IMG/VR virus record: IMGVR_UViG_3300036715_004471
Location: 382,542-446,541 of that record
Length of the DNA: 64,000 bases
Strand: one strand, 5' to 3'
Shown here: in pieces, positions 31,272-40,435 of the stretch
How the letters are laid out: each line of letters begins with the position of its first letter
Position numbering within the stretch: position 1 is the stretch's first letter
The notes under the pieces: model-generated
The model's input: the letters and a program-made list of their open reading frames with translations, nothing else
The model's database searches: none
Told to the model about the DNA's origin: nothing
Position numbers and translations under genes: made by a program

Positions 31272-32189
31272 TCAATAATAGTAATAAGAATTATATTTTG
31301 GTCTCAGATTTTCTGGATAAGTTGGAGAACGCTCCAATACCTTGGTCTGAACCCACGCAGGCATAGAATTCCAGAAAACCATTTCTTTATCGTTCAACTT
31401 ACGATCTTGACGCAAAGATGGGATGCCGCCAGATTTCCAAACTGGTTTGTAACTAGTGATAACAAGAATGCCTTCTTTGTTCTTCTCATAGACTGGTTCA
31501 TCGTAAGAATACAAAAAAGAGAAACCATTGTACCAATTGTAAAAATTGTTACGGACATTGCCCCATTCGATTTTCCATTTACGATTGGTGCCGCCATATT
31601 TTTTGGTTTTGTTTGCGGGAACAAACCAAAACAACTTATCACCAACTTTTCCTACCATACGCCCGCTCAACCAATTAGCAACAGCTTGAGTGTTGAACTT
31701 GGGAGTCTTGGGGTGACGAGGGCGCATGATCTTGGCGCGCAAAACGCCACCATCATCCACATAAAAATCGTTCTCGTAATTGGTGGTGATGTAATCTTCT
31801 TCGCTTTTGTAGAAACGACCAAATCTCAGATCTGGAACTTCTTCCACAGAAGAGAGCAAATGATCATAAAGAATGTGACGACCTGCGGTGGTGCGAGAAT
31901 CGAATTTCTTGCAAACATCGGATTTCACATCATTCCAAAGTCGACCAACCTGACAATGAAGCCAACGATACATAGGACCGAGCTTATCATCAAATTCCTT
32001 ACGAACTTTTTCTTTTTTGGTGATGACAATATTATCTTCATCAGAAAAATCTGGATTATCTTTCAAGAAGTGACAGTAATCTCTTTCAGAGGCTCTTTCA
32101 ACAGTGAAGGAATTACGACGTTCCCACTTGTTGAAACGAGCGCGACCACCCTCGATGGTGGTTTTAGCAAGATTCTTTTTAGACATAAC
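31272..32189 (-). CDS. hypothetical protein
   Basis: Long ORF co-oriented with neighbours; GGAG RBS before MSKK. Confidence 0.7.
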   Translation of the reverse strand, partial: VMSKKNLAKTTIEGGRARFNKWERRNSFTVERASERDYCHFLKDNPDFSDEDNIVITKKEKVRKEFDDKLGPMYRWLHCQVGRLWNDVKSDVCKKFDSRTTAGRHILYDHLLSSVEEVPDLRFGRFYKSEEDYITTNYENDFYVDDGGVLRAKIMRPRHPKTPKFNTQAVANWLSGRMVGKVGDKLFWFVPANKTKKYGGTNRKWKIEWGNVRNNFYNWYNGFSFLYSYDEPVYEKNKEGILVITSYKPVWKSGGIPSLRQDRKLNDKEMVFWNSMPAWVQTKVLERSPTYPENLRPKYNSYYYY

Positions 32190-32211
32190 ATTCTCCAGTG
32201 GAGACAAATTT

Positions 32212-32589
32212 TTATTGAAACGTTAACATAACTTTTAACTTGTTGACGATCTTATTCATATCGCCATCTAAAAAATCAAAAGCTAATGTTGGCAAATCAT
32301 TAAACTCTGAAGTACAAATATATTTATCTTCATTATCATAAACAACAACCAATACATCGTTATTGTTTAGATACTGAGTAATTTCATACTTTTTATGATT
32401 GAAACGAATTCTAATCATTTCCTCATCTCCGGCAATAAAATCATTGCCGAATTTGAATGCGTAATGTGCATTTCCGAACAGCGCACATTTATAGGTGACA
32501 AGCGTACTTGCTTTGAAATCAACCCGCTCTTTCTTCAAAAGAGCCTGGCAGATGGGGCAGCGCTTGGCATCTAAGTTTTTCATAATCAA
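32212..32589 (-). CDS. Zn-binding hypothetical ending ..MLTFQ
   Basis: Paralog of 32586..32987. Confidence 0.65.
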   Translation of the reverse strand: MIMKNLDAKRCPICQALLKKERVDFKASTLVTYKCALFGNAHYAFKFGNDFIAGDEEMIRIRFNHKKYEITQYLNNNDVLVVVYDNEDKYICTSEFNDLPTLAFDFLDGDMNKIVNKLKVMLTFQ

Positions 32590-32987
32590 CTGAATGTAAA
32601 AACAGTTCTTATTCTATTGATTGCTTTGTCAACATTGAATTTTGAAAAGTCAAAAAGTTCTTTGTCGAGGGTAAAAGCATTGTTCTTAAAACTAAAATTG
32701 ACCCTACCCTCCGCATCCACCTTAAAAACCATAATCTCGGTTTTAACAGATGTTGCTGGCGCAGAGTCATATTTCTTAGTCAACCTATACTTATGTTTAT
32801 CATCGTAGATATTAACTATCTCGGAAAACAATTGAGGAATACCAAAATCGTTTCTCATAATTGAGATAACATAATGATCTAGATCGCTAACGCAACCGTA
32901 TCCTGACTTGCGGTCAATCATATCAATCTGACATTGGCAAGTTGGGCATTTGAGACTATTTAATAGTTTCTTTAACAGGGGATCCAT
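32586..32987 (-). CDS. Zn-binding hypothetical ending ..VFTFS
   Basis: CP.CQ..C..HY..KY..T..FDF shared with neighbour. Confidence 0.65.
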   Translation of the reverse strand: MDPLLKKLLNSLKCPTCQCQIDMIDRKSGYGCVSDLDHYVISIMRNDFGIPQLFSEIVNIYDDKHKYRLTKKYDSAPATSVKTEIMVFKVDAEGRVNFSFKNNAFTLDKELFDFSKFNVDKAINRIRTVFTFS

Positions 32988-33203
32988 TCTCTTATGAATA
33001 TATCTTGTTAATGCCTGTTCATATCATTTCTAGTGATGCGCCAATACACCAAACTTGCAATTTGACGATGTGACATGCCCTCTGTATGAAGTTTTAAGGA
33101 ACGAGCAAGTCTCAATAAGTTTTCTGTCTTTGCTCGTCTCAAATCTAAGCGCAAGACATTTGCATATTTAGCTTTCCATAAATGTCTATGACTTATTTCC
33201 ATA

Positions 33204-33281
33204 TGGCTGAGGAGGTAGGATTCGAACCTACATTACATCGTGATTCAAAGTCACGGATTCTGCCAGTTAAATTACTCCTCA
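33204..33281 (-). tRNA. tRNA-Gln(TTG)
   Basis: Loop CTTTGAA, CCA. Confidence 0.88.
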
Positions 33282-33763
33282 ATATTCGCGTTATCTAATG
33301 CCGAAAAAATGGCAGAATCTTCTGCTGCCAAAATATCACTTTTGCATTTATCTATTAAATCAAACCTTCTCTTCTTTATGTCACTTATTCTGATCGTAGG
33401 ATTAGAATAAATTTCAAAAAGCGGCATCCTTACTCTAACTCCCCTTGGAAAAGAGTTTCGTTTATTAAGCCTACCACTAGAATTTATAACTAGCTCACGA
33501 TGTTTATAAGCACCAACATTGAGTACAATGTTACAAACACCGGGCTCTTTATCATAGATCGGTAAAGCCCCAGAAGGTAATTGATCAATCAGAAAAGTTT
33601 TTCTGGCTATACCTTGATAATCTATTCTGGTTCTTAATGGCTGAATCATTGATTGCGCCAGCCTCATACGACCAGCCGCACTTGACAAGTAACTTCCAAT
33701 AAAACCAGGTTTAGTTCTTTTGTAGAGAGCGCCATCGGATGATATGAGAACAGGATGCTTCAT
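33272..33763 (-). CDS. truncated major-capsid-protein-like protein
   Basis: LAQSMIQPLRTRIDY..RKTFLIDQLPSGALPIYDKEP..PLFEI.SNP.I....IK.RRFDLI resembles large-phage HK97-fold MCPs (from memory; unverified). Confidence 0.55.
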   Translation of the reverse strand: MKHPVLISSDGALYKRTKPGFIGSYLSSAAGRMRLAQSMIQPLRTRIDYQGIARKTFLIDQLPSGALPIYDKEPGVCNIVLNVGAYKHRELVINSSGRLNKRNSFPRGVRVRMPLFEIYSNPTIRISDIKKRRFDLIDKCKSDILAAEDSAIFSALDNANIEE

Positions 33764-33769
33764 GTAGTA

Positions 33770-33973
33770 TCATATATCATCTTTGTTTTCTACTGAATCC
33801 GACCAGGCTAAAATATCTTTCCAGTCAGCCTCACTCATAAAGATTCTGGAAGGCTTGAGCGGTGCATTAAAAATTTTATTGAAAGACCTCTTGAAGGATC
33901 TGGTTACATTACCAACCGGGTCATTTACATTTATTAATTCACCATCTGAATCAATAACAATGGGATGCTTCAT
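33770..33973 (-). CDS. small protein sharing MKHP..I.SDG.L leader with neighbour
   Basis: N-terminal similarity; both starts read GGATGCTTCATGTAG on + strand. Confidence 0.6.
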   Translation of the reverse strand: MKHPIVIDSDGELINVNDPVGNVTRSFKRSFNKIFNAPLKPSRIFMSEADWKDILAWSDSVENKDDI

Positions 33974-34021
33974 GTAGAAGCATATAACCTGTCACTAATC
34001 TTATTAATCCAAAAATAAAAA

Positions 34022-34097
34022 TGGTGGAGCTAAAGGGAGTCGAACCCTTAACCTCATCGCAGCCAGCGACGCGCTCTCCCAGTTGAGCTATAGCCCC
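34022..34097 (-). tRNA. tRNA-Ala(GGC)
   Basis: G3:U70, loop CTGGCTG, CCA. Confidence 0.92.
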
Positions 34098-34600
34098 AAT
34101 GTTCTTCTATTTATTCTTCTATTTTTGGTCCATCTCTCTTTAGATCTTCTATCAGCAATTGGAACACCAATATCAATCTCAACTACCGATGGACTCATCG
34201 ATAATTCTTTAATCTCATTCTTCATCAATCTCATTCTTGAAACTGAACTAGACAGTTTTACATTCACATCAAACGGACCTTCACTTTCTTGAAAAGCAAG
34301 GCACAAAAGAACAGTTAATTTGTCTAAGTTCATATACTGTTTAAGTTGAGAATCTTAATGAAAATTTGATAGTTCATAGCAGCCTTATATTATCAATTAT
34401 GACAGCTCGGCTCACAATCTTCATTGTGACAAACACCATCTGCAAGCCCCGCATCAGCAGTAAAATTACATACTGTGCCATCGCTTTTGCCCTGACATTG
34501 ATCGTCATTATATGTTACATCAGGAAATGTACAACCAACCAATGCAAAAAGCAAAATAACATTTAATAATTTCATCATAAATCTTTCTTAATGAATTCTA

Positions 34601-34676
34601 TGGTGGAGCTGGAGAGATTCGAACTCTCAACTTTTTGCTTGCAAAGCAAACACGCTGCCAATTGCGTCACAGCCCC
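34601..34676 (-). tRNA. tRNA-Ala(TGC)
   Basis: G3:U70, loop TTTGCAA, CCA. Confidence 0.9.
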
Positions 34677-35016
34677 ATAATCCTGCATGTATTTCTCTAT
34701 GACAATTAGAACACAATAGCAAACATTTATCAAGTTCTAATTTTGCTTTTTCTAAACCCCAATATCTCATACTTTGAAAAGTAGGGTCTTTATATTCGGG
34801 ATCTATATGATGAAATTCTAATGCCTCCATACATTTTGAATAATCACATTTTTGACACTTACCACCCTTATACTCGACATATAAAGATTTGTTTGTACGA
34901 CCCCTACTTATTGTATTTGTGTTGTGACAATTTTTGCATAAAGTTAAGCATTTTCTGCCCTGACCTTTATTCATCATTTTGTCAGGATCTGACTCCCCAC
35001 AAATTTTACATTTCAT
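34627..35016 (-). CDS. HNH endonuclease
   Basis: ALEFHHIDP..ELDKC.LLCSNCHRE; runs 50 nt into tRNA-Ala. Confidence 0.88.
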   Translation of the reverse strand: MKCKICGESDPDKMMNKGQGRKCLTLCKNCHNTNTISRGRTNKSLYVEYKGGKCQKCDYSKCMEALEFHHIDPEYKDPTFQSMRYWGLEKAKLELDKCLLLCSNCHREIHAGLWGCDAIGSVFALQAKS

Positions 35017-35018
35017 TT

Positions 35019-35100
35019 TGGTGGATTTGGAGAGAATCGAACTCTCAAACTCTGAAACTCTGAATGCAAATCAGAAATTATCCCATTTAATTACAAGCCC
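35019..35100 (-). tRNA. tRNA-Ala(TGC), atypical (8-nt duplication in variable region)
   Basis: G3:U70, loop TTTGCAT, AAACTCTG tandem repeat, CCA. Confidence 0.65.
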
Positions 35101-35304
35101 ATACAGTCTTATTTATATCAGTTTATGCATAATTATTTAATTCCACATATTTTATATATTATTTTCAAGAATCTTTTACTTTTCTTTTTATTAATTGATT
35201 CTAATAAATAATTCAAATCTGCATTATTATTAAACATGTTATGTTCTGCCTTTGCAAGCAAATACCCAATCATATGTTTCATATTAAAAATCTCATTCAA
35301 TTTT

Positions 35305-35389
35305 TGGTGGATCTGGAGGGACTCGAACCCGCGTAGGCTTTCGCCGAGAGCTTAAAAGGCTCTTGTCATTGCCGCTAGACAACAAATCC
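35305..35389 (-). tRNA. tRNA with Lys anticodon (TTT) and long variable arm
   Basis: AGAGC-CTTTTAA-GCTCT, V-arm GGC-GAAA-GCC, CCA. Confidence 0.8.
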
Positions 35390-35402
35390 ATATTTCGTAA
35401 TT

Positions 35403-35479
35403 TGGTAGGTTTACTTGGATTCGAACCAAGACTGAGCAGATTAAAAGTCTGCTGTGCTAGCCATTAACACTATAAACCC
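35403..35479 (-). tRNA. tRNA-Lys(TTT)
   Basis: Cloverleaf, CCA. Confidence 0.88.
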
Positions 35480-35511
35480 ATGAAGGAGATTATAACATCT
35501 CCTTTTTTTTA

Positions 35512-35907
35512 TTAGGCAGTAGTTGGTGCTAAGACCCAACAATTACCTGTGCGTGGTTGTGCTTGAGGAACACTTACAAAAAATCCACCAGTTGGTGCAC
35601 TTGGTCCATATGCTTCACCAGTTAAGGTTCCATCCGTATTTTTTACTAACTTAGCTGGCGCTTTAACTGTTGGATCAGTAGTTGGGAAATAACAACCAAC
35701 CGTAACTCCACCATCAGAATCTAGTCCCCCAAAATCAGCGGCGCAAGGAGCTTGAGCTAACTCTCCCTTAGCAACTCCTGATACAACTTTTAAAGTTCCC
35801 TTGCCCGTGTCTACAACTATTGTAGCAACACCATCAGAATCAACACTAGTAACAAATCCAAAACTCATATCATCATCAGAAAAATACATAACGTAAAAAG
35901 GTTTCAT
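35512..35907 (-). CDS. hypothetical protein
   Basis: AGGAG RBS before MKPF; hairpin plus A/T run downstream. Confidence 0.6.
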   Translation of the reverse strand: MKPFYVMYFSDDDMSFGFVTSVDSDGVATIVVDTGKGTLKVVSGVAKGELAQAPCAADFGGLDSDGGVTVGCYFPTTDPTVKAPAKLVKNTDGTLTGEAYGPSAPTGGFFVSVPQAQPRTGNCWVLAPTTA

Positions 35908-35984
35908 TTTAGCTCCTAAAATAACAATCCCAGTTATATAAGCCAAAATGCATACATTATTCTATAATGTATTTTTTATTCATG

Positions 35985-36392
35985 TCACGCTTGATTTTGA
36001 GCAAATGCGTGGCGAATTTTTCCACTTTTACTGACGAAAACAAAACCTTTGAAAGTATCACCCTCATCCACTACTTCACAGTCAAACATAAACTGAATCA
36101 TGTTTGGATTTTCATTTCCTCTGACAGCCATCAGTTTCCAATGCTCTGGTTTGGCTGATTCATTTTTTAGAAAGTCTGCCATGTCGTCATTATCTTCCAG
36201 AAGACCGCCATAGTCGCCTGATGGGGCGATGTTGACAAACTCGTGAGTTAACTCTTCTGAATTCTTCTTGATCCATTCGCAAATTGCGTTTTGCAAATCA
36301 TTTATCTTAAGTCCCAATTTTTCTTGAAGTTGCTCTTCCCATTTTTCGATACTAGCACCTTCTTCAAGACCAAGATCATCTAGAACGTCCAT
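35985..36392 (-). CDS. hypothetical acidic protein
   Basis: ORF with RBS. Confidence 0.65.
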   Translation of the reverse strand: MDVLDDLGLEEGASIEKWEEQLQEKLGLKINDLQNAICEWIKKNSEELTHEFVNIAPSGDYGGLLEDNDDMADFLKNESAKPEHWKLMAVRGNENPNMIQFMFDCEVVDEGDTFKGFVFVSKSGKIRHAFAQNQA

Positions 36393-36404
36393 GATAACTT
36401 TCCT

Positions 36405-36653
36405 TCAATGGAAAACCCATAAGTTAGAATTCAAAATCTTTTTCAACTCTGCATAAATCTTGTCTATGCAACCACGACAATAATATCCTAAAATACCAGG
36501 TTCAGTGCCACCTGCCCCATATACAGTAATGGTTGCACAAGTTGTACCCTTTTTTATTTTGCCATTTTCTCCAACATATTGAGGATCTTTATCACATTCA
36601 TGATAACGACATTTTTTTCTACCAGACTTATCTACTTCTAGTCCAACTCTCAT
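36405..36653 (-). CDS. PARP-type Zn-finger-like small protein
   Basis: EVDKSGRKKC...C..IKKG..YCRGC. Confidence 0.45.
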   Translation of the reverse strand: MRVGLEVDKSGRKKCRYHECDKDPQYVGENGKIKKGTTCATITVYGAGGTEPGILGYYCRGCIDKIYAELKKILNSNLWVFH

Positions 36654-37017
36654 TCTGAAAGCATCCTTTCCAAACGAGCGTGAAGTCTTTCAGCTTCATA
36701 TCTAGTCAAAGCAATAAGCGCATCTTCTTCAACAGCTTTTGCGCCTACTTCCATGATTTGATCGTCCCAATTACTGTATCGGAAATCTTCAAAATCTTCT
36801 TTTGAATCTGGTCCCTCTACAGAATAAGAATCTTCAATAGTTTGAAGAGGAGTATTGACGTTAACAACATGAATGTAAAAAATCTTATTCTTACTTGAAG
36901 AATCTTTTGCTTTATGTCTTTTCACAACACACCATTTAATAAAAATTGAAACAACAAGAATTGGAAAGACTATTTTTCGCGTGTTACCATTACACCACAC
37001 TGCAATGTTTAATTTCT

Positions 37018-37092
37018 TGGTTGCAGTGGAGGGAATCGGACCCCCTTCTCGTTCTTATAATGAAATGTAATCCTTCACAGGCATTTGTTTCA
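37018..37092 (-). ncRNA. chimeric Y-RNA 5' half / tRNA 3' half
   Basis: AATGC..AAGGATTACAT followed by T arm and CACTGCA-ACCA. Confidence 0.5.
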
Positions 37093-37215
37093 TGGTCTCT
37101 CAAGTAGGGTTTACGCCTACAACATCCCTTTAATTCAGGAGTTTTACACATTACTTTTCATAATTAAGTTAAGTTAACTGCCCTTAATATGAATTTCACT
37201 TAAACTATCGAGAGA
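37093..37215 (-). pseudogene. degenerate tRNA-like element with ~50-nt AT-rich insert in D-loop
   Basis: TCTCTCGA/TTGAGAGA stem + CCA; GTAGG/CCTAC T stem. Confidence 0.45.
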
Positions 37216-37217
37216 TA

Positions 37218-37292
37218 TGGAGGGTTCGGAGGGACTTGAACCCTCAACAAACTGGTTAAAAGCCAGCTACTCTGCCATTGAGTTACGAACCC
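37218..37292 (-). tRNA. tRNA-Lys(TTT)
   Basis: Cloverleaf, loop CTTTTAA, CCA. Confidence 0.92.
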
Positions 37293-37294
37293 AT

Positions 37295-37558
37295 TTATAC
37301 GCCGTTAATCTTCTTAGAAGTCCAATCATGGAAATCAAAAGTCGATTTACACGGAAAAACTCCAATCAAAGGATGTGCAATGCAATTATGCACAAACCAC
37401 CAACTATGATGTTTGTAGACAGGCTTCTCTTCCTGCTTATATCCTTCGATACGTTTATGAAACCTCATTTCGGCTCCCGACTCATCAGAGTTTGGGAATT
37501 CCTTTTCTTCCTTCTTCGGTTTCACTTCGCCATCTTCTTCATCATATTCCCAAAACAT
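37295..37558 (-). CDS. hypothetical protein
   Basis: WWFVHNCIAHPL..FHDWT. Confidence 0.6.
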   Translation of the reverse strand: MFWEYDEEDGEVKPKKEEKEFPNSDESGAEMRFHKRIEGYKQEEKPVYKHHSWWFVHNCIAHPLIGVFPCKSTFDFHDWTSKKINGV

Positions 37559-37602
37559 TTTATTATCTTTCTATGTTTGTGGTTTGGTAGGGCAACGGGT
37601 AT

Positions 37603-38394
37603 GTGAAAATATATTTTCACATATCAATATTATCATACATATGTATGTTTCAACTATTTACACAAGAGCAATTACAAACTTCCAGATCAAATGATTTGTT
37701 ACCATTAAAATGTCAACAATGCTCTAAAACATTTTTAATATCTAAAAAGTACATAACACAAGTTCTCAATGGTAAATCTAGCCGAGGGTATAAACTACAT
37801 TTTTGTAGTTCTAAATGTTCACAATTGTCAAGAACTACTTCTGAAATTTTTTCATGCACTTTTTGTGATAATCCATTAAAAATGAAATTATCACAAAAAC
37901 AAAGATCAAAATCTGGAAATATTTTTTGTTCTAAATCGTGCGCAGCTAAATATAATAACACTCATAAAACTAAAGGTAGCAGGCGTTCTAAACTTGAAAT
38001 TTGGTTAGAGCAACAACTTTTATCATCTTACCAACAATTAAAAATACAATTCAATTGCAAAGAAACTATCAATTCTGAATTAGATATTTATATTCCAAGT
38101 TTAAAATTAGCATTTGAGTTAAATGGCATCTTTCATTATGAGCCAATTTATGGTTCAGAAAAATTGGCTTCCATTCAAAATAATGATAACAGGAAATTTC
38201 AAGCCTGTTTAGAACAAGACATTGAGCTTGTTATTATAGATACGTCATCTCAAAAATATTTTAAAGAAAAAACATCACAAAAATATCTTAAAATTATAAA
38301 AGATATAATTGATAATAAACTAAATTACTGGTCGTCCCCCCGAGATTCGAACTCGGCACCTCTGCCTTATCAGAGCAGCGTTCTAACCAAATGA
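37603..38394 (+). CDS. Zn-finger + PD-(D/E)xK/Vsr-like endonuclease
   Basis: FCSxxC repeats; ELDIYIPSLKLAFELNGIFHY. Confidence 0.8.
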   Translation: MKIYFHISILSYICMFQLFTQEQLQTSRSNDLLPLKCQQCSKTFLISKKYITQVLNGKSSRGYKLHFCSSKCSQLSRTTSEIFSCTFCDNPLKMKLSQKQRSKSGNIFCSKSCAAKYNNTHKTKGSRRSKLEIWLEQQLLSSYQQLKIQFNCKETINSELDIYIPSLKLAFELNGIFHYEPIYGSEKLASIQNNDNRKFQACLEQDIELVIIDTSSQKYFKEKTSQKYLKIIKDIIDNKLNYWSSPRDSNSAPLPYQSSVLTK

Positions 38395-38405
38395 ACTAGA
38401 GGACG
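38329..38405 (-). tRNA. tRNA-Ile(GAT)
   Basis: Loop CTGATAA, CCA. Confidence 0.9.
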
Positions 38406-38410
38406 GTTAT

Positions 38411-38504
38411 TGTGGATACACAGGGAATCGAACCCTACGCTAGCCTGCTTTCGACTCCTTTCTACCCACCTTGGTAGGTGGACAATGGCGGGCTCTCTAT
38501 ACCC
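38411..38504 (-). ncRNA. D-armless tRNA-like RNA with G3:U70
   Basis: GGGTATA/TGTATCC acceptor, T arm, long central stem. Confidence 0.55.
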
Positions 38505-38508
38505 AAGT

Positions 38509-38586
38509 TGGTGGACACATTGGGAGTCGAACCCAATTTTTCCCGACAATTGTCCGAGCTTTTCATAGGGACGGGTTACTGTGCCC
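38509..38586 (-). ncRNA. D-armless tRNA-like RNA with G3:U70, A73-CCA
   Basis: GGGCACA/TGTGTCC-ACCA, TTGGG-TTCGACT-CCCAA. Confidence 0.6.
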
Positions 38587-38793
38587 AAAATCTTAAACAC
38601 TAAAAATGAGTACGATATCTTCTCCGCCTTCCTTAATAAAAGCATCATAACTCATACTACACGGAGCGTTGAACCAAACATAATTGTTATTATCAATAGT
38701 CCATGTCAACTTTCTATCAGGATTAAATCTAACTTCTTTATCATCTTCCATGATATAAGTGCCAAATTTGTCCATCTTGATCTGTCTTTTCAT

Positions 38794-38869
38794 TGGTGGT
38801 ACCTAACAGGATCGAACTGTTTTCGTCCGCTTTTCAGACGGCGGTCTTGACCACAAATACGAAGGTACC
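38794..38869 (-). tRNA. tRNA-Phe(GAA)
   Basis: Loop CTGAAAA, CCA; weak D and AC stems. Confidence 0.75.
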
Positions 38870-38878
38870 ATATTTGTC

Positions 38879-38953
38879 TGGTGGCTCCTGTTGGTATCGC
38901 GCCAACATTTCCTGCTCTTCAGGCAGGCGCTAATCTATTTCAGCTAAGGAGCC
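38879..38953 (-). tRNA. tRNA-Phe(GAA)
   Basis: Loop CTGAAGA, CCA; atypical T-loop. Confidence 0.8.
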
Positions 38954-38958
38954 ATGTT

Positions 38959-39033
38959 GTAGTTTAATAAGGGCTCGAACCTTAATATATTTTTGTATAT
39001 CGTTTCCACGAGTACTCATAAACATTAAACTAC
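38959..39033 (-). ncRNA. tRNA-like RNA with extended closing stem, no CCA
   Basis: GTAGTTTAAT/ATTAAACTAC, TAAGG-TTCGAGC-CCTTA. Confidence 0.5.
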
Positions 39034-39111
39034 TGGTCGGGCGAGTGGGGATCGAACCCACCTCAAGGTGCTTATAAGACACCCGGATGCAACCAGCTTA
39101 CCTTTCACCCG
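39034..39111 (-). tRNA. tRNA-Ile(TAT)
   Basis: GGTGT-CTTATAA-GCACC, CCA. Confidence 0.82.
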
Positions 39112-39117
39112 GTTGAC

Positions 39118-39291
39118 TCACCAAAGATTATAGTGGCAGGCGAAACATTCGAATAAAAATGTTGAAGATTTTGGTTTTTCTTTAACCATTACTACTTCAT
39201 CATCTTCATTATTTTCATAATGACCGCTCACCATTCTCTTGCAACGATGGCATTCATAAGTAAAATCGCAAGACTTCTCTTCGTTTTCCAT
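39118..39291 (-). CDS. 57-aa Zn-ribbon protein (below ORF-track cutoff)
   Basis: MENEEKSCDFTYECHRCK..FECFACHYNLW. Confidence 0.55.
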   Translation of the reverse strand: MENEEKSCDFTYECHRCKRMVSGHYENNEDDEVVMVKEKPKSSTFLFECFACHYNLW

Positions 39292-39309
39292 GTTGTTTCT
39301 TTCTTTGGC

Positions 39310-39385
39310 TGGCAGGTGTAACGGGTGCTGCCCCCGCTTGGTCTTGCTCGACAGGCAAGTGCAATTGCTGAATTGCTATACACCT
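39310..39385 (-). tRNA. tRNA-Asp(GTC)
   Basis: Loop CTGTCGA, G73-CCA; atypical T-loop. Confidence 0.8.
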
Positions 39386-39388
39386 ATA

Positions 39389-39463
39389 TGGCACCCCCGA
39401 GCGGACTCGAACCGCCCTCATCTGCGTGACAAGCAGACCGCCTCACCCGATGCGTACGGGGGT
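39389..39463 (-). tRNA. tRNA-Asp(GTC)
   Basis: Loop TTGTCAC, G73-CCA. Confidence 0.87.
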
Positions 39464-39483
39464 ATGTTATACAATATATCACT

Positions 39484-39885
39484 TTATTCGTAGATGAAAG
39501 GTCTTTCTAATCTCCCAATTGTTAAATGAAACCAAGGCTTAAACGGAAAGCCTAACATTTCTCTGACTGCCGACAATTCTTCTGAATAAACATCAATCCG
39601 GGCATGGATTCCATTTTCGAATCTTATCACATGGTTGTAATAAAAATCTACTTCGTATCCCTCCAACTTACCCCAGGCTGATGGGTCAGTGACGGTCTCG
39701 CCGCGAACAACTGAGATATGTGTTCCCCACAACCCTTTTGGATTAGATTCTATTCCATATTTTTTCAAATGCCAAGAATAATACTCAGCAATTTGATCGT
39801 CACACGAAAGTAAACACCACCAAGGTTCAAATTGTTTAGATCCTTTTTTCAAATCGAAATGAAGTGTTCCAGATGAACTAAACAT
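39484..39885 (-). CDS. 2H phosphoesterase family protein (paralog of 9782..10183)
   Basis: WGTHISVVRGE..FHLTIGR. Confidence 0.75.
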   Translation of the reverse strand: MFSSSGTLHFDLKKGSKQFEPWWCLLSCDDQIAEYYSWHLKKYGIESNPKGLWGTHISVVRGETVTDPSAWGKLEGYEVDFYYNHVIRFENGIHARIDVYSEELSAVREMLGFPFKPWFHLTIGRLERPFIYE

Positions 39886-39906
39886 GGCTTGTGTCTTTCA
39901 AAAATT

Positions 39907-40076
39907 TGATGACTAGAAATCGTAAAGACGAAGTTTATTGAATTGAATGACCAATCAACAATAATATGGTATTACAGTTTTAACCTTCTGATAATAATAC
40001 AGGACATTCTATTTATTCTCTTAGAAATGCTTGGAGGTTATTGTTATTATTTATGTAGTCCTTACTGCATTCATCA
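39907..40076 (-). ncRNA. Y-RNA-like module with long AT-rich insert
   Basis: TGATG-AATGC-AGTAAGG-ACTACAT..CTTTAC-GATTTCTAGT-CATCA. Confidence 0.65.
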
Positions 40077-40155
40077 TGGTCCGCCCCGCCGGGGTTTCAC
40101 CAGCATTTCCGCCTCATGGCAGCGTCTTGACTATTTAGACGATGGATAGATATTA

Positions 40156-40231
40156 TGGCGATACGTGTGGGAATCGAACCCACCGTCATCCGCTTAACAG
40201 GCGGGCGCTGCACCAAGCCAGCTAACGTACC
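40156..40231 (-). tRNA. tRNA-Asn(GTT)
   Basis: Loop CTGTTAA, CCA. Confidence 0.85.
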
Positions 40232-40356
40232 ATTTAGTTATGTTAGAGTCGGTTACGGTAGATCTTTGCCGTCACTCTCTCTAATCCTAGAGTCAAAGTC
40301 TAGATGCTCTTACATTACATAACAAGGTAACATATTTTCGAAGATATGTTTTCCTT

Positions 40357-40432
40357 TGGCTCATCCCCTCAGATTCGAACTGAGATATCACGAGTTAACA
40401 GCCCGCCTCACGACCAATTGTGATAAGGATGA
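40357..40432 (-). tRNA. tRNA-Asn(GTT)
   Basis: Loop CTGTTAA, CCA. Confidence 0.8.
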
Positions 40433-40435
40433 ATA

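Noticed and set aside
31227-32231. 334-aa plus-strand ORF
   Set aside because: Antisense shadow of the minus-strand gene 31272..32207; no motif, wrong polarity for the operon.
37585-37600. tRNA 3'-end remnant beside the plus-strand endonuclease
   Set aside because: Only ~12 nt resemble a tRNA end; too short to support.
40077-40146. Functional tRNA
   Set aside because: 4-nt anticodon loop, poor acceptor pairing and aberrant T-loop; likely remnant, though it has CCA and directly precedes a Y module.
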